Notes: generated from the letters alone by a model not told the origin. Shown: positions 49,416-61,997, counted from the first letter of the stretch. The stretch is 64,000 nucleotides of DNA from an uncultured Nitrospiraceae bacterium (GCA_963706325.1 CAVPLT010000002.1:179748-243747); one strand, 5' to 3'. Program-made: numbers and translations.

Positions 49416-49967
49416 ATGGAACGCATTTTTGGTCGTCCTATCGTGACGCAGGAGCAGATGAGGACTCGGATTCGAGAGCTCGGACGTCAGATTGCGTCAG
49501 ACTATGCCGGGAAGGATTTGGTGCTGGTGGGTGTGCTGAAGGGGGCCTATGCCTTTTATGCCGACTTGGCACGGGCGATCCGAATCCCGATGCGGGTGGA
49601 GTTTATCGTCGTGACAAGTTATGGATCCGGCAAACGAAGCTCAGGCAAGGTAAAACTGGTGTCCGACCTCACGGAGCCCATAGCCGGAAAAGACGTGTTG
49701 CTGGTTGAGGATATCGTCGATTCTGGCCTCACCATTCAACATCTTATCAAGACCATGTCTAGGCGAAAGCCTCGAACGCTCAAGGTCTGTACGCTTCTCA
49801 GCAAGCCTGAACGCCGGACGGTCGAGGTGGATCTGGCGTACGTGGGTTTCAAGATCCCGAATCGGTTTGTCGTCGGGTATGGTCTCGACTACCAACAGAA
49901 GTACCGCAACCTTCCTTACCTGGCCGCCCTCGATCAGGCCGATGAAAGCGAGCAAGAGTCTGCATGA
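49416..49967 (+). CDS. hpt: Hypoxanthine phosphoribosyltransferase
   Basis: VLLVEDIVDSGLT, FVVGYGLDY. Confidence 0.97.
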   Translation: MERIFGRPIVTQEQMRTRIRELGRQIASDYAGKDLVLVGVLKGAYAFYADLARAIRIPMRVEFIVVTSYGSGKRSSGKVKLVSDLTEPIAGKDVLLVEDIVDSGLTIQHLIKTMSRRKPRTLKVCTLLSKPERRTVEVDLAYVGFKIPNRFVVGYGLDYQQKYRNLPYLAALDQADESEQESA

Positions 49968-50055
49968 AAGGTTGTTACCCCTCCGGAACCTATGGTAACA
50001 TCCGGCAGGGTTATTAGATTATGCAGTCTGCCTAAATTCCTCAAAGGAGAGGTGG

Positions 50056-51870
50056 ATGAATTCACGGGTAAAGAATCTGTTGTTCTGGGTCGTCGTCGGC
50101 CTCTTCATGATTTTGTTGTTCAATTTGTTTAGTGTGCCGACCCACGCGCCGGAAGATGAAGTCATATTCAGCGATTTCATGGCTAAGCTGGACAAAGGCG
50201 AGGTCATGAAGGTGACGATCAAAGCTAACCACATCAGCGCGATTCTCAAAGATCAGAGCCGGATTCGGACCTATACGGCTGAGTATCCTGAATTGGTCAA
50301 GCATCTGCGCGAAAAGGAAGTGCAGATCGAGGCCAGACCGCCTGACGAGAGTCCTTGGTACATCACGTTTTTGGTGACATGGGGCCCCTTCGTGCTGTTC
50401 CTCGGCCTTTGGTTTTTCCTCATGCGGCAGATGCAAATCGGCGGCAATAAAGCTCTGTCTTTTGGGAAGAGCCGCGCCAGGATGCTCACCGAGGAGCGGA
50501 AAAAGGTCACCTTTTCCGATGTCGCAGGCATTGAAGAAGCGAAGGAAGAAGTCCTGGAAATCATAGAGTTTCTGAAAGATCCGAGAAAATTTCAGAAGCT
50601 GGGTGGGCGAATCCCAAAAGGCGTTCTCATCGTCGGACCTCCGGGTACCGGAAAAACTTTGTTGGCCAAGGCGATTGCAGGGGAAGCCGGAGTGCCTTTC
50701 TTCAGCATCAGCGGGTCGGACTTCGTCGAAATGTTTGTCGGCGTGGGCGCCTCAAGAGTCCGAGATCTCTTCGAGCAGGGGAAAAAGCATGCCCCTTGCA
50801 TCATCTTTATTGATGAGATTGATGCCGTCGGCCGGCTGCGCGGTGCTGGTCTCGGTGGAGGTCACGATGAACGTGAGCAAACACTAAACCAGTTGCTAGT
50901 CGAGATGGATGGGTTTGATACCACTGAAGGCGTCATTCTGATCGCCGCCACAAACCGCCCGGATGTGCTGGATCCTGCGTTGTTGCGTCCAGGCCGTTTC
51001 GATCGCCAGGTAGTAGTGAATCGGCCCGATCTGCGCGGTCGGTCGGAGATTCTGAAGGTTCACACGAAGAAGGTACCGCTGGCAACGGATGTGGAGTTGG
51101 AGAAGATTGCCCGTGGGACGCCAGGCTTCTCGGGCGCCGATCTCGAAAATTTGGTGAACGAAGCCGCGCTCTGGGCGGCTCGGTGGAACAAAAAAGAGGT
51201 TGAGCTGGTAGACTTCGAAATGGCGAAAGACAAGGTATTGATGGGCGCGGAACGGAAGAGCATGGTGCTCAGCGACGAAGAGAAGCGCACTACAGCCTAT
51301 CACGAAGCCGGTCACGCACTCATGGCGAAACTGTTGCCTGGAACGGATCCTGTCCATAAAGTGACGATTATTCCCCGTGGTCGAGCACTAGGCGTGACCA
51401 TGCAGCTCCCGACGGATGATCGTCATAACTATTCCAAGGACTTTCTGTACAACAATCTCGCAATCCTCATGGGCGGGCGAGTCGCTGAAGAGCTGGTGTT
51501 GCACGATGTAACGACCGGTGCAGGGAATGATCTTGAGCGGGCCACCGACCTCGCGAGAAAAATGGTGTGCGAGTGGGGTATGAGTGAAAAGCTGGGCCCC
51601 TTGACGTTCGGCAGAAAAGAAGAAGAAATTTTCCTTGGCCGAGAGATTGCTACGAAGCGCGACTTCAGCGAGCAGGTGGCGCTTGAAATCGATCACGAGG
51701 TCAGGCGTCTGGTCACGGAAAATTACGAGCGGGCGAAGCGTATCTTGACCGACAACATGACCAGTCTTAAGGCGCTCGCTGAGGCGTTGTTGGAGAGGGA
51801 AGTGTTGGACGCGCTGGAGATCGATCAGATTCTTATTCAAGGTTCTTCATCGCAAGCGGTGCCCGCCTAA
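50056..51870 (+). CDS. ftsH: ATP-dependent zinc metalloprotease FtsH
   Basis: [20 protein letters not shown]. Confidence 0.99.
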   Translation: MNSRVKNLLFWVVVGLFMILLFNLFSVPTHAPEDEVIFSDFMAKLDKGEVMKVTIKANHISAILKDQSRIRTYTAEYPELVKHLREKEVQIEARPPDESPWYITFLVTWGPFVLFLGLWFFLMRQMQIGGNKALSFGKSRARMLTEERKKVTFSDVAGIEEAKEEVLEIIEFLKDPRKFQKLGGRIPKGVLIVGPPGTGKTLLAKAIAGEAGVPFFSISGSDFVEMFVGVGASRVRDLFEQGKKHAPCIIFIDEIDAVGRLRGAGLGGGHDEREQTLNQLLVEMDGFDTTEGVILIAATNRPDVLDPALLRPGRFDRQVVVNRPDLRGRSEILKVHTKKVPLATDVELEKIARGTPGFSGADLENLVNEAALWAARWNKKEVELVDFEMAKDKVLMGAERKSMVLSDEEKRTTAYHEAGHALMAKLLPGTDPVHKVTIIPRGRALGVTMQLPTDDRHNYSKDFLYNNLAILMGGRVAEELVLHDVTTGAGNDLERATDLARKMVCEWGMSEKLGPLTFGRKEEEIFLGREIATKRDFSEQVALEIDHEVRRLVTENYERAKRILTDNMTSLKALAEALLEREVLDALEIDQILIQGSSSQAVPA

Positions 51871-52060
51871 GAATATACGTCTGTCTTCGCAGGGGGCATA
51901 GGTAATGCCCTCTGCGAGGCAAGTGTACCCAGTGAGTTTCCCGCTAAAGGTTGAAGCAAGCTCCTGCACATATTGGTGGTAGCCTCGGTTGACCTGCCGT
52001 AGTACACTCATCCCGCTTTGTGGTGTTCCATTCTGATTGTCATCACCGAGGGGATAAGTC

Positions 52061-52957
52061 TTGGCCATAACCACTCCGACTTCCGCACGATCTTACGTGG
52101 TGCGGGCGGGATCTCAGGCGCTCCGTTTGGACTCCCGCCCTCTCATCATGGGGATTCTCAACGTCACGCCAGATTCATTTTCAGATGGCGGTAGCTATGT
52201 CACGGTTGAACAGGCGCTTCGCCATGCGAAGCAGATGCATGAGGAAGGCGCCGACATCATAGACATTGGCGCCGAATCTTCAAGGCCCGGCGCTCAATCT
52301 ATCGAGGATTCCGAAGAGCTTCGACGCCTCATACCTGTACTGGAAGCAGTCCATGCCGCGGTGCCGCTGCCCATCTCCGTTGACACCACAAAAGCCGTCG
52401 TTGCCCGTCGGGCGATTCAAGCAGGCGCCACCATTATCAATGACATCAGCGCATTGCGCGGCGATCCGTTGATGGGAACGGTGGCAGCGGAAACCGGCGC
52501 TGCAGTCGTGCTGATGCACATGCAGGGGACGCCGCAAACGATGCAGAAATCACCCAAGTATCGGAACGTTGTTCAAGAAGTGTCTGCGTTCCTATGCGAA
52601 CGGGCGCAGACAGCGATCGAGCAGGGGATCAGCCGAAGTCAGATCATTCTTGACCCGGGGTTCGGTTTTGGTAAGCTTCAAGAGCATAACCTTCGATTGC
52701 TGGCTGATTTCGCGTTGCTGGCGGACCTTGGCTATCCGATACTCGTAGGACTGTCGCGCAAACAGTTCATCGGTGCTTTGGTGCAACAACCAGTACAGGA
52801 GCGCGGATACGGAACGGCCGGCGCGGTCGCAGTCGCCGTCCTTAAAGGCGCGCATATTATTCGTGTGCATGACGTCCGATCCATGCGCGACACGGTCTCG
52901 GTCGTGTCAGCCGTTTGCCGTCACGCACGTTCTGGTGTAGAGGGATCTCATGGGTAA
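52061..52957 (+). CDS. folP: Dihydropteroate synthase
   Basis: [32 protein letters not shown]. Confidence 0.97.
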   Translation: MAITTPTSARSYVVRAGSQALRLDSRPLIMGILNVTPDSFSDGGSYVTVEQALRHAKQMHEEGADIIDIGAESSRPGAQSIEDSEELRRLIPVLEAVHAAVPLPISVDTTKAVVARRAIQAGATIINDISALRGDPLMGTVAAETGAAVVLMHMQGTPQTMQKSPKYRNVVQEVSAFLCERAQTAIEQGISRSQIILDPGFGFGKLQEHNLRLLADFALLADLGYPILVGLSRKQFIGALVQQPVQERGYGTAGAVAVAVLKGAHIIRVHDVRSMRDTVSVVSAVCRHARSGVEGSHG

Positions 52958-54299
52958 ATTGTTCGGCACAGACGGCGTTCGTGGAGTGGCCAATCTGGAA
53001 CCGATGACCAGCGAAATCGCTATGCAACTGGGGCGTGCCGCCGCCCATATTTTTATGCGGCGGGCCGGCCGTCACCAAGTCGTCATCGGGAAAGACACGC
53101 GTTTATCAGGATACATGCTTGAGTCGGCGTTGACCTCGGGCATCTGCTCCATGGGAGTAGACGTACTGCTCGTCGGTCCGATGCCGACCCCGGCCATCGC
53201 GTTTCTCACACGTAGTTTGAGGGCGGATGCCGGCGTCGTTATTTCAGCCTCGCACAACCCCTATCAGGATAACGGCATTAAATTCTTCTCGAACGAGGGA
53301 TTCAAACTGCCCGACGAACTCGAGGCGCGTATCGAACAACTGATCATTTCCGATGAGATCAAGCACCTTCGCCCGACGGCGGATGCCATTGGAAAAGCCT
53401 ATCGTATCGGCGACGCCGAAGGGCGTTATATCGAATTCGTCAAACGCTCGCTTCCTAAGGATCTCGACCTTCAGGGGATCAAGTTGGTGGTGGATTGCGC
53501 CAACGGCGCGGCCTACAAGGTCGCACCTGCGGTGCTCCGCGAGCTAGGAGCTGAGATCGAGGTCATTGCGGGCCAACCGGACGGGATGAATATTAATGAT
53601 GGTTGCGGGGCCGTGCATCCGGCACGATTGCAGGAAGCGGTCCGTCGAACTGGCGCGCATATCGGCATAGCCTTGGACGGTGATGCTGATCGAGCTATTT
53701 TCGTCTGTGAGCAGGCCGAGATCATTGATGGCGACCATGTTATGGCCGCGCTCGGTCTGGATCTGCAGGCGCATGGTCAACTCGCCTGTCAGACGGTCGT
53801 GGGGACCGTCATGAGCAACTTCGGGTTGGAACTCGCCATGAAGAAGGCCGGGATTCAATTGGCGCGAACGCCAGTAGGTGATCGGTACTTAATGGAGCGC
53901 ATGCTGGCCGACGGGTATAACTTCGGCGGGGAGCAATCAGGCCATTTTATTTTTCTCGACCATAATACGACGGGTGATGGCTTGATCTCGGCGCTGCAGA
54001 TCCTCTCGCTTATGAAACGAACCCGTAAACCGCTCTCAGAACTCGCGAAGGCGATGACGGCTGTCCCTCAGATCCTCCTTAACGTACGGGTGAAACACAA
54101 GCCTGACTTGAATCAGATTCCGGATATTCAGCAGGCGATCAAGGCCGCTGAAGCGACGCTCAATGGAAGCGGCCGCGTTCTGGTGCGATATTCCGGTACT
54201 GAGGCGCTGTTGCGAATTATGGTCGAAGGCGAACGCGATTCGACGATTCGCGAGGTAGCTGATCACCTCGCCGAGATTGTTCGCGCACGCATAGGGTAG
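52950..54299 (+). CDS. glmM: Phosphoglucosamine mutase
   Basis: [27 protein letters not shown]. Confidence 0.98.
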   Translation: MGKLFGTDGVRGVANLEPMTSEIAMQLGRAAAHIFMRRAGRHQVVIGKDTRLSGYMLESALTSGICSMGVDVLLVGPMPTPAIAFLTRSLRADAGVVISASHNPYQDNGIKFFSNEGFKLPDELEARIEQLIISDEIKHLRPTADAIGKAYRIGDAEGRYIEFVKRSLPKDLDLQGIKLVVDCANGAAYKVAPAVLRELGAEIEVIAGQPDGMNINDGCGAVHPARLQEAVRRTGAHIGIALDGDADRAIFVCEQAEIIDGDHVMAALGLDLQAHGQLACQTVVGTVMSNFGLELAMKKAGIQLARTPVGDRYLMERMLADGYNFGGEQSGHFIFLDHNTTGDGLISALQILSLMKRTRKPLSELAKAMTAVPQILLNVRVKHKPDLNQIPDIQQAIKAAEATLNGSGRVLVRYSGTEALLRIMVEGERDSTIREVADHLAEIVRARIG

Positions 54300-54325
54300 C
54301 ATCGAGCCTTCAGCGCAGGCGCCGG

Positions 54326-56854
54326 ATGCTGCCAGTTTTCACACTCACCTTCATTTTCGGCCTGATCCTTGGTTCCTACCTATCGTATTTCCCCCTGAGC
54401 GTGGCAGCCTTATTGATTGGTTCTGTAGGTTTGCTCACGTATCTGGAATCCCAACGTGTGGTGGCACCGCGTCGCAGCCAGGTATTGTTCGCCTGTGTCG
54501 TCGGCGGATGTCTCTACTGGACGATATGTACCTGGTTCACGCCCCACCTTCCATTTCCTGACAATCCGGGCGTGCTTCCCCCTCGCTTTGAGGGAATCAT
54601 TAGCGAGCCTGTCCGTCACTCGTCGGGGCAGTTGACTGCCTTGGTAGAGGTCACGGTTATTGAGGATCCCGCGTTTGTGGTCCCCCTTCATCTGAGGCTC
54701 ACTTGGCGTGATCCCGACCGCGATCTCCACCGAGGCTTGCGAATTCGAGCCCGCACCCATCTCCACACTCCGTCGGGGACCCTCAATCCAAGGGGATTCG
54801 ACTATGCGGCATACTTGGAAACACAAGGCGTTGACGCCGTTGGATCGGTGTCCGGAGCCGGCGCCGTAGAGGTGTTGGATTTTGAGTCGGGAACGGCGGC
54901 ACCATTCTTCTCGATTCTGATCGAAGGATGGCGCAGCCGAGTACGGGCGGCCGCGGAATCGCTTTCACCGCCCAGCCGCGGGTTATATCTCAGCCTGACC
55001 ATCGGTGAACAGGGCTTCCTTGCGCCGGAGGTCCGCGAGTGGTTCATGACCACAGGGACGGTCCATATTCTCTCCATCTCCGGATCACATCTCGGGCTCA
55101 TTGCCTTGCTATCCTTTGCGATCATCAGGAAAGGATGCCTCTTCCTTCCTTCGATGATGTTGTTGAGCCTTTCTCGATGGCTGACTCCCACTCGACTGGC
55201 GGCACTTCTGACCCTGTCGCCCGTGGTGGCCTATACGGTGCTGGCCGGAGCTGAAACGGCAACGATTCGGTCGTCGATCATGATTGCTGTCGGCCTCTGG
55301 ACGGTGTGGCTCGGCGCGCCGCATTATCTCCTCCATGCTCTTGCCGCTGCTGCTGGCCTCACATTGCTGGCACATCCGCATGCGCTGTACGACATCTCAT
55401 TTCAATTGTCTTACATTTCGGTCTGGGTACTTGCCCTCGCAATTGAACGAGAAGTTGGTGAGGAGTTGGCGGAAGCTCCGGCATCGGTTAGCGGACGGAC
55501 AGTCTATTGGCTATGTGAGTCTGTTCGACTCTCAGCGTTAGTTTCCTTGGCGACCATGCCCCTTGTCGCCTGTTATTTTAACCAGGTGTCATGGATGGGG
55601 CTTTTTGCCAATCTGCTCATGGTGCCCTTCGTGGGGTTTATTTTTTTGCCGCTCAGTCTTCTCTCGGCTCTTTGGGTCATCGTGGCGCACAGTAGTATGC
55701 TCCCGGGTGCCGGCTTGATTGACGGCCTTGGCCAAGGTCTGATTTCTGCGACCCATGCGTTAGCCGGTCTTCCTGGATCGGAATGGTTTGTGGCCGCTCC
55801 GACCCTTCCGATGATGGCGCTCTTCTACCTTCTGGGCTGGGCGTTGATGACCGGCAGGCCTACTGATGCCACTCCGTTGTTGAGGGGCGCCATGCTGACA
55901 GGATTGCTCTGTATTGTCGTTTGGTGGCTCTGGTCTCCGCGGTCGTTGGGCAGCGACGGCCGGTTACGCGTCACCTTTCTCGACGTCGGACAAGGGGATA
56001 GCGCGGTCATCGAATTGCCTGCGGGGGAGGTGATTCTGATCGATGGAGGTGCCACCTATGAGCGATTTGATATGGGGCGCAGTGTAGTGGCTCCCTTTCT
56101 CTGGAATCGAGGGATTCGAAAGATCGACCATGTCATCGGCACCCATCCGCAACTCGACCATGTCGGAGGATTGGCTTGGATCTTAGCGCATATGCATGTC
56201 GGGAATTTCTGGAGCAACGGCGCCGTACGGAATGAGGATTTCTGGCGCAAGATCGAGAGAGCTCTGGCGCAACAACACCTTAAGCCAAAGCTTGCGGCGG
56301 AAGCAGAATTGATTTCGACGGGAACTGATTGCCGCATGGCGGTCCTAAGTCCGCGCGCAGATCGAGGGTCGTCGGCCACTACGAAAAGCGAATCACTCAA
56401 TAATTTGTCAGTGGTCACCGAACTCCGTTGCGGCGATCGGCGCATCCTATTCACGGGCGACATTGAGCGGGAGGCGCTGGCTCGACTGACGCGATCAGGC
56501 ACGCTTGGCCCCATGACGTTGTTGAAGGTTCCGCATCATGGGGCAAAAAGTTCTTTGGAGTATGACTGGCTTCAGCTCATTCGTCCGCAGATCGCCGTGG
56601 TGTCAGCCGGCCGGCGTAATCCTTACGGTCACCCGGTCGGCGAAGTGTTGGCAGCCTACCGGGCACTGGGGACACAGGTATGGAGAACGGATCAGGATGG
56701 AGCGATCTGGGTGGATCTGGATGTGAAGCAGTCCAGACTCAGTGTCCACAATGCCAGAGAATGGGTCCTTCAATCCGCTATTCAATCCTCGGATCCCTGG
56801 ACGGTCGAACTAGATAATATCCGACGATTATGGCGCCGCTGGAATTGGATCTAA
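54326..56854 (+). CDS. comEC: DNA internalization competence protein ComEC/Rec2
   Basis: NPRGFDY, HILSISGSH, SFQLS, FLDVGQGD, KVPHHG. Confidence 0.95.
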   Translation: MLPVFTLTFIFGLILGSYLSYFPLSVAALLIGSVGLLTYLESQRVVAPRRSQVLFACVVGGCLYWTICTWFTPHLPFPDNPGVLPPRFEGIISEPVRHSSGQLTALVEVTVIEDPAFVVPLHLRLTWRDPDRDLHRGLRIRARTHLHTPSGTLNPRGFDYAAYLETQGVDAVGSVSGAGAVEVLDFESGTAAPFFSILIEGWRSRVRAAAESLSPPSRGLYLSLTIGEQGFLAPEVREWFMTTGTVHILSISGSHLGLIALLSFAIIRKGCLFLPSMMLLSLSRWLTPTRLAALLTLSPVVAYTVLAGAETATIRSSIMIAVGLWTVWLGAPHYLLHALAAAAGLTLLAHPHALYDISFQLSYISVWVLALAIEREVGEELAEAPASVSGRTVYWLCESVRLSALVSLATMPLVACYFNQVSWMGLFANLLMVPFVGFIFLPLSLLSALWVIVAHSSMLPGAGLIDGLGQGLISATHALAGLPGSEWFVAAPTLPMMALFYLLGWALMTGRPTDATPLLRGAMLTGLLCIVVWWLWSPRSLGSDGRLRVTFLDVGQGDSAVIELPAGEVILIDGGATYERFDMGRSVVAPFLWNRGIRKIDHVIGTHPQLDHVGGLAWILAHMHVGNFWSNGAVRNEDFWRKIERALAQQHLKPKLAAEAELISTGTDCRMAVLSPRADRGSSATTKSESLNNLSVVTELRCGDRRILFTGDIEREALARLTRSGTLGPMTLLKVPHHGAKSSLEYDWLQLIRPQIAVVSAGRRNPYGHPVGEVLAAYRALGTQVWRTDQDGAIWVDLDVKQSRLSVHNAREWVLQSAIQSSDPWTVELDNIRRLWRRWNWI

Positions 56855-57357
56855 CCTCAGCATCTTCGTCACTGCCCCTCTGGTTTGACTGGGAAAGCTC
56901 TCTCTGGCCGTTGGAGCCGCTGTATCAAGAGCTCCTGGATCCGAAGGCCGTGGCATGCTGAATGTCTCGATCGAAGGAGCAGACGTGATCCTCCCACAGG
57001 CAGCCTCCAGGTGGCAGTGTGGGAAAATCCGGGTTCCGCCCTTTGCATCGCTATTTTAAGCCGCATGATTTTCCTGCCAGTGATGAGGCCGATGAAGGGC
57101 CATCTGGCTGCCCATTTATCCCTTTTTAACTGAAGTGAGAGATCGGACAGGCCGCGCAGATCTTACAGGACGAACTCTGGTGAGGCACAGATCGCTCGAT
57201 GGATGGTGAAGACATAGTCGCTGGTTCTGCGCGATCAGTGGATCCGCCATGGCCGCCCGCTCTTGACCCACGCTCGCCTGATCGTCATGATGGGCGAGAT
57301 TTTTTGCCGTGCGTGACACGGTAGCTTTTCCCTCAATTTAACGCGGAGAACCTCCCC

Positions 57358-58389
57358 ATGGTGCCCACCGTCGAGTGGAAAGACGGAGCGGTTCGTCTAC
57401 TGGATCAGAGCCGACTTCCGACCTCTGTTGAGTTCATAGACTGCCGCGATTATCAATCGGTGGCGCAGGCCATTCGAGAGTTAAAGGTCCGTGGAGCTCC
57501 TGCCATTGGGGTCACGGCGGCCATGGGTGTGGCTCTTGGCGCCCAAGCAATTCAGACCACAGACCCTGTCCAATTTGAAAGAGGAGTCGAGATAATCTGC
57601 GAGCACCTCGCAGTCTCAAGGCCCACGGCCGTCAATTTGTTCTGGGCCATCGCCAGAATGAAAGGGAAGGTGACGCTGCTCCGCGGAATGCCCATTTCCG
57701 CTATTAAGGCTGAGCTGGTGAAGGAATCTCAGGTCATTTTGGACGAGGACATTGCTCTGTGCAAAGCGATGGGCGCACAGGGGGCCGGCGTGATCCAAGA
57801 CGGTCAGACGATATTGACCCACTGCAACGCCGGCGCCCTGGCGACCGCGGGATATGGCACCGCGCTCGGCGTCATTCGGGCGGCCTGGGCGCAGGGAAAG
57901 GATCTTCGTGTCATTGCCGACGAAACCAGACCCGTCTTACAGGGCGCACGACTCACTGCCTGGGAACTGATGCAGGATAAGATTCCGGTCACACTGATTA
58001 CAGACAATATGGCCGGCGCATTGATGAGGCAGGGTAAAATTCACCTCTGCATCGTCGGCGCCGATCGTATCGCCGCGAACGGCGACGTCGCCAATAAGAT
58101 CGGCACCTATTCGGTCGCTGTCCTCGCGCGAGCGCACGACATCCGCTTTTACGTGGCGGCGCCATACTCCACGATCGATCTCAACACCAAGTCAGGCGAC
58201 GACATTCCCATCGAGCAACGCAATCCGCTCGAAGTCACTTCTATCCACGGCAGTAATCGTATCGCTCCGGAAGGCATCGAAGTGTTCAATCCAGCCTTCG
58301 ATGTCACACCCGCAGACTTGATCACCGGCATCATCACCGAGCGAGGGGTGTTCAAGCCGGGCGAGCTGGCCGCGCACTTTAGGTCCTAG
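57358..58389 (+). CDS. mtnA: S-methyl-5-thioribose-1-phosphate isomerase
   Basis: [31 protein letters not shown]. Confidence 0.97.
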   Translation: MVPTVEWKDGAVRLLDQSRLPTSVEFIDCRDYQSVAQAIRELKVRGAPAIGVTAAMGVALGAQAIQTTDPVQFERGVEIICEHLAVSRPTAVNLFWAIARMKGKVTLLRGMPISAIKAELVKESQVILDEDIALCKAMGAQGAGVIQDGQTILTHCNAGALATAGYGTALGVIRAAWAQGKDLRVIADETRPVLQGARLTAWELMQDKIPVTLITDNMAGALMRQGKIHLCIVGADRIAANGDVANKIGTYSVAVLARAHDIRFYVAAPYSTIDLNTKSGDDIPIEQRNPLEVTSIHGSNRIAPEGIEVFNPAFDVTPADLITGIITERGVFKPGELAAHFRS

Positions 58390-58427
58390 TAGGGATCATT
58401 CTGTGTGTGTAGAAATCGCTTTATAGC

Positions 58428-59267
58428 ATGGCGCCATCAGTGACCAGGACACTAGCTTGGTCGCTTGTCCTCTTCCTTCTAGGCCTTGCCGCATGGGCAT
58501 TTGTTGTTGAGCCTGCGTCTCTGCGCGTTCAATCCTATTCCATTACCATTCCGGAGTGGCCACATCATCTCAACGGCATTACGATCGCCGTCCTCGCGGA
58601 CCTGCATACCGGATCACCGTTCAATGGATTGCACAAGCTGAGAGAGATTGTCGACCGCACGAACAGCGCCCACTGCGATCTCGTGCTCCTTGCTGGAGAC
58701 ATCGTCATACAAGGCGTAGTAGCTGGGGCGTTCGTCCCACCCGAAGAGTCTGTGGAAATACTGAAAGACCTCTCCGCCCCGCTCGGTGTGTATGCGGTGC
58801 TCGGGAACCATGACTGGTGGCTGGATGCCAATCGAGTTCGAAAGGCATTGGAGCGAGTGCATATTCCAGTGCTGGAAGACGAGGCAATAGAGTTGGGCAG
58901 AGGCGGCGATTCTTGGTGGCTTGCGGGCATCAGTGACTTTTGGGAAGGTCCTCACAATGTGCAGGAGGCCATCAAGAAAATTCCACATCAGATGCCGATT
59001 ATTGCGTTTACGCACAACCCTGATGTCTTTCCCGAGATTTCGTCACGGGTGGCGCTTACCATCGCGGGACATACGCATGGAGGTCAAGTGCGGGTGCCCT
59101 TCTTTGGCCGGCCGGTGGTACCGTCTCACTATGGAGAACGCTTCGCCGCCGGGCATATTGTGGAGGGCGGCCGGCACATGTTTGTGAGCACAGGGCTGGG
59201 CACAAGTATTTTACCGGTTCGTTTTCGTGTGCCACCGGAAATCTCGATCCTGACCATAAGATCCTGA
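58428..59267 (+). CDS. Metallophosphoesterase (YkuE-like)
   Basis: DLH, GD, GNHD, HNPD, GHTHGGQ. Confidence 0.92.
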   Translation: MAPSVTRTLAWSLVLFLLGLAAWAFVVEPASLRVQSYSITIPEWPHHLNGITIAVLADLHTGSPFNGLHKLREIVDRTNSAHCDLVLLAGDIVIQGVVAGAFVPPEESVEILKDLSAPLGVYAVLGNHDWWLDANRVRKALERVHIPVLEDEAIELGRGGDSWWLAGISDFWEGPHNVQEAIKKIPHQMPIIAFTHNPDVFPEISSRVALTIAGHTHGGQVRVPFFGRPVVPSHYGERFAAGHIVEGGRHMFVSTGLGTSILPVRFRVPPEISILTIRS

Positions 59268-59449
59268 GCATGACTTCTCACCGGCGCGTACACGTTTTCT
59301 GTGCCTGTGACCGTGTGAAAGCTTCTGACCATTCCATCTCCTCATGAGCCGTTTGCCTTGCCAGTTCTTCCGCCGCTTCTTTATAATGCCGGAAGAGTTT
59401 TTGTGAATGCCATTGTCATGATTTTCTAGCCGAAGGAGCCCGACGACTC

Positions 59450-59869
59450 ATGAGTGAACGAACACTTGCGATTGTGAAGCCGGATGCCGTGAAGAAGAAT
59501 GCGATCGGTGACATTATCACCCGTTACGAGAAGGCCGACTTACGGCCTGTGGCGATGCGCCTGATGCACATGTCGAGAGACACGGCCCAAAGGTTTTATG
59601 CCGTGCATAAATCGAGGCCCTTTTTCGACAGCCTCTGCACGTTCATGTCTTCCGGCCCCTGCGTTGTGCTGGTGCTGGAGGGTGATAACGCGATCAAGAA
59701 GAATCGCGAGTTGATGGGGGCCACCGATCCGGCGAAGGCGGAGCACGGGACGATCCGGGCGGCGCATGGTGCGAATATCGAATTTAACGCCGTGCACGGT
59801 TCCGATGCGGCAGAGACGGCGAAGTTTGAGATCGGCTATTTCTTTTCGGAAATGGAGTTGGTCGGGTAG
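59450..59869 (+). CDS. ndk: Nucleoside diphosphate kinase
   Basis: IVKPDA, GATDP, NAVHGSD. Confidence 0.98.
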   Translation: MSERTLAIVKPDAVKKNAIGDIITRYEKADLRPVAMRLMHMSRDTAQRFYAVHKSRPFFDSLCTFMSSGPCVVLVLEGDNAIKKNRELMGATDPAKAEHGTIRAAHGANIEFNAVHGSDAAETAKFEIGYFFSEMELVG

Positions 59870-59876
59870 GCGCAGG

Positions 59877-61427
59877 TTGAGCCCGGACTATTTCTACGCG
59901 ATCGATGCCCGGCGGTCTCAGCTAGACCGCCGAGTTCCCGCGCCCCCGCTTGCGTTGACGCTGTTCACGCTGCTCATTGCGGCGTGTACGGTCGCGCCGG
60001 CTACCCCCGTGGCACAATCGATCAGCGATCCGGCCATTGAAGCTGAGACACGCCTCTGGTATCAAGCATCGACTGCGTTTTCAGACGGACGCTATTCCGC
60101 CGCCATCCATCTGTACGAACGGTATCTCACTACCTATCCTAAGTCTCGTCGCGCGATGGAAGCCCATTGGGATCTCGGGCAAGCGTATGAACAAATGGGC
60201 GAGGTCACGGCGGCCGTCAAGGAGTATCGTACGTTGGCTGGACCTGAAGGGGCGTCGCCGGCGACGCAGAGTTCTTACGCTGAGCGGGCGTTGCACCGCA
60301 TCGAGGCGTTGCGCGTTCCACCGGCCTTATCGGCTGGCAGTCGGTCCGGCCACACCGCACTGTATGTCTCATTTAATAACCTCCCGCTGCAGTCTCAAGT
60401 CGAAACCTGGATGCGGCAGTTAAGTGCCCAAGGGATCAGCGCTATTTTGTTGGACGCCAGCCCGGAATCGTCCTTCACCAGGCCATCCACCTCAAGCGGT
60501 GCTGTCTCGGCCGGCCCATCACCAGAAGTGCCAAAGGGCGCGTTGTTTCCCACATCACGGGGGCCGATGTTCGCTGATTGGTACAGTGTGATTGTGCCGC
60601 AAGCTCATGAATTGGGCATTTCTGTGTACGCCGTCATGGATCTTTTTCGTGCCCCTCTGTCGGACAGCCGCCCAAACACTCGAATGCTTCTCTACGATCC
60701 GACCCGGCGTAAAGTTCATCCCTGGACACAGTTCGACCTGTTGTCTTCGGCGGTTCAGCCGATGATAGCAGGGTTGTTGACCGACCTGATTAGGACTGGA
60801 ATCGATGGAGTGGTGTTCCGCGCCCGGTCGGAGAATAGCTTCGCATATGAGGTGAGCGATGGGGTGCTGCGCCAATTCGAAATGCAGTTCCATCAGCCGT
60901 CATCCGAGGTGGCCCAGGCCCTGCGTGACCGAATGGTCCTTCGTCCGGACGCGGCTGCTCCGGTGTCCAATAAAACGCTCTGGCGATGGGTGGGTTGGAA
61001 AGCGCGTCAGGAACTCGAGGTCATGGCCCTCCTGAGGAAACACTTACAAAAGATGGTGCCCAGGCTGCGTCTCGTGCTCGAACTCCACGCGGAGGCCTTG
61101 TCGAATCCGACCTCCGCGCTAGTCAACTATGGAGAGGATGCCGCAGAGGCGCGTCGTCGGGGGTTTGATCTTCTCTTGGGTGGACCTTCTCGCGAGGCCT
61201 CGGATGTTCGGGCGTTCGCAGGCTCATTCAAAGGATGGAGCCGCGAAGTCATACAATCGGCGAAAGGCGAACCTCAGACGCTCCCGCAAGGGTGGGTATT
61301 GCTTCACACGCCGGCTGATTACGGGGCCGGTATGTTTACGGGGCTCGCGCAGCAGGCGGATGAGCTACGCACCCCTGATATCCGTCACCTGGTGTTTGTG
61401 CCTGATTCGCAAGGGGCGATTCCTTGA
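59877..61427 (+). CDS. Lipoprotein with TPR domain and putative glycoside hydrolase-like TIM barrel
   Basis: LIAAC lipobox; TPR (YSAAIHLYERYLTTYPKS); AHELGISVYA, IDGVVF, W.WVGWK; start uncertain. Confidence 0.6.
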   Translation: MSPDYFYAIDARRSQLDRRVPAPPLALTLFTLLIAACTVAPATPVAQSISDPAIEAETRLWYQASTAFSDGRYSAAIHLYERYLTTYPKSRRAMEAHWDLGQAYEQMGEVTAAVKEYRTLAGPEGASPATQSSYAERALHRIEALRVPPALSAGSRSGHTALYVSFNNLPLQSQVETWMRQLSAQGISAILLDASPESSFTRPSTSSGAVSAGPSPEVPKGALFPTSRGPMFADWYSVIVPQAHELGISVYAVMDLFRAPLSDSRPNTRMLLYDPTRRKVHPWTQFDLLSSAVQPMIAGLLTDLIRTGIDGVVFRARSENSFAYEVSDGVLRQFEMQFHQPSSEVAQALRDRMVLRPDAAAPVSNKTLWRWVGWKARQELEVMALLRKHLQKMVPRLRLVLELHAEALSNPTSALVNYGEDAAEARRRGFDLLLGGPSREASDVRAFAGSFKGWSREVIQSAKGEPQTLPQGWVLLHTPADYGAGMFTGLAQQADELRTPDIRHLVFVPDSQGAIP

Positions 61428-61523
61428 CAAAGTGGCCGCCGCCTTTTACGATCGCGCCACCCGTTTCTTGAATGTTATTGTTTCATGTAGGTCGCTCGTA
61501 CGGCGGCCGCCAAGAGGAGTGTC

Positions 61524-61910
61524 ATGATACCGTCCAATCTCCGTTACCACGAACAACACGAATGGGTCCGCGTCGAAGGCACGCAAGCGACAATCGGCAT
61601 CAGTCATTTCGCTCAGGATGCATTGGGGGACATCGTCTTCATCGACCTTCCGAAGACGGGCGCCACCATCACGGGCGGCCAGCAAATCGGCGAGGTGGAA
61701 TCGACCAAAACCACCTCCACCATCTACACCCCGGTGAGCGGCACGATCGCAAAGGTCAATGGCGACCTGAAGGATCATCCGGAAGTCGTCAATTCCGACC
61801 CCTACGGCAAAGGATGGATGGCCGTGGTGGACCTCACGGCTCCCGCTGAAGTGGAACGGCTCATGACGGCAGCTCAGTACGAAGCGTTTCTGAGCAAACA
61901 AAAACATTAA
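61524..61910 (+). CDS. gcvH: Glycine cleavage system H protein
   Basis: HEWV, IGISHFAQDALGD, VESTK lipoyl-Lys, DPYGKGW. Confidence 0.96.
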   Translation: MIPSNLRYHEQHEWVRVEGTQATIGISHFAQDALGDIVFIDLPKTGATITGGQQIGEVESTKTTSTIYTPVSGTIAKVNGDLKDHPEVVNSDPYGKGWMAVVDLTAPAEVERLMTAAQYEAFLSKQKH

Positions 61911-61997
61911 GCTCGAGCATAATAGCACCATTGAGTTATCTGCCACCGTTTTCCACAGCAGATGATTCTCTAACCATGCTTCACTGAAGCCATCCTC

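Noticed and set aside
56860..57357. SAM riboswitch upstream of mtnA (TATCAAGAG near 56922)
   Set aside because: The remaining SAM-I elements (GAGGGA..GGCCC, GCAACC, GGTGC) are not evident; an Rfam scan would be needed. The short ORFs here are also unconvincing.
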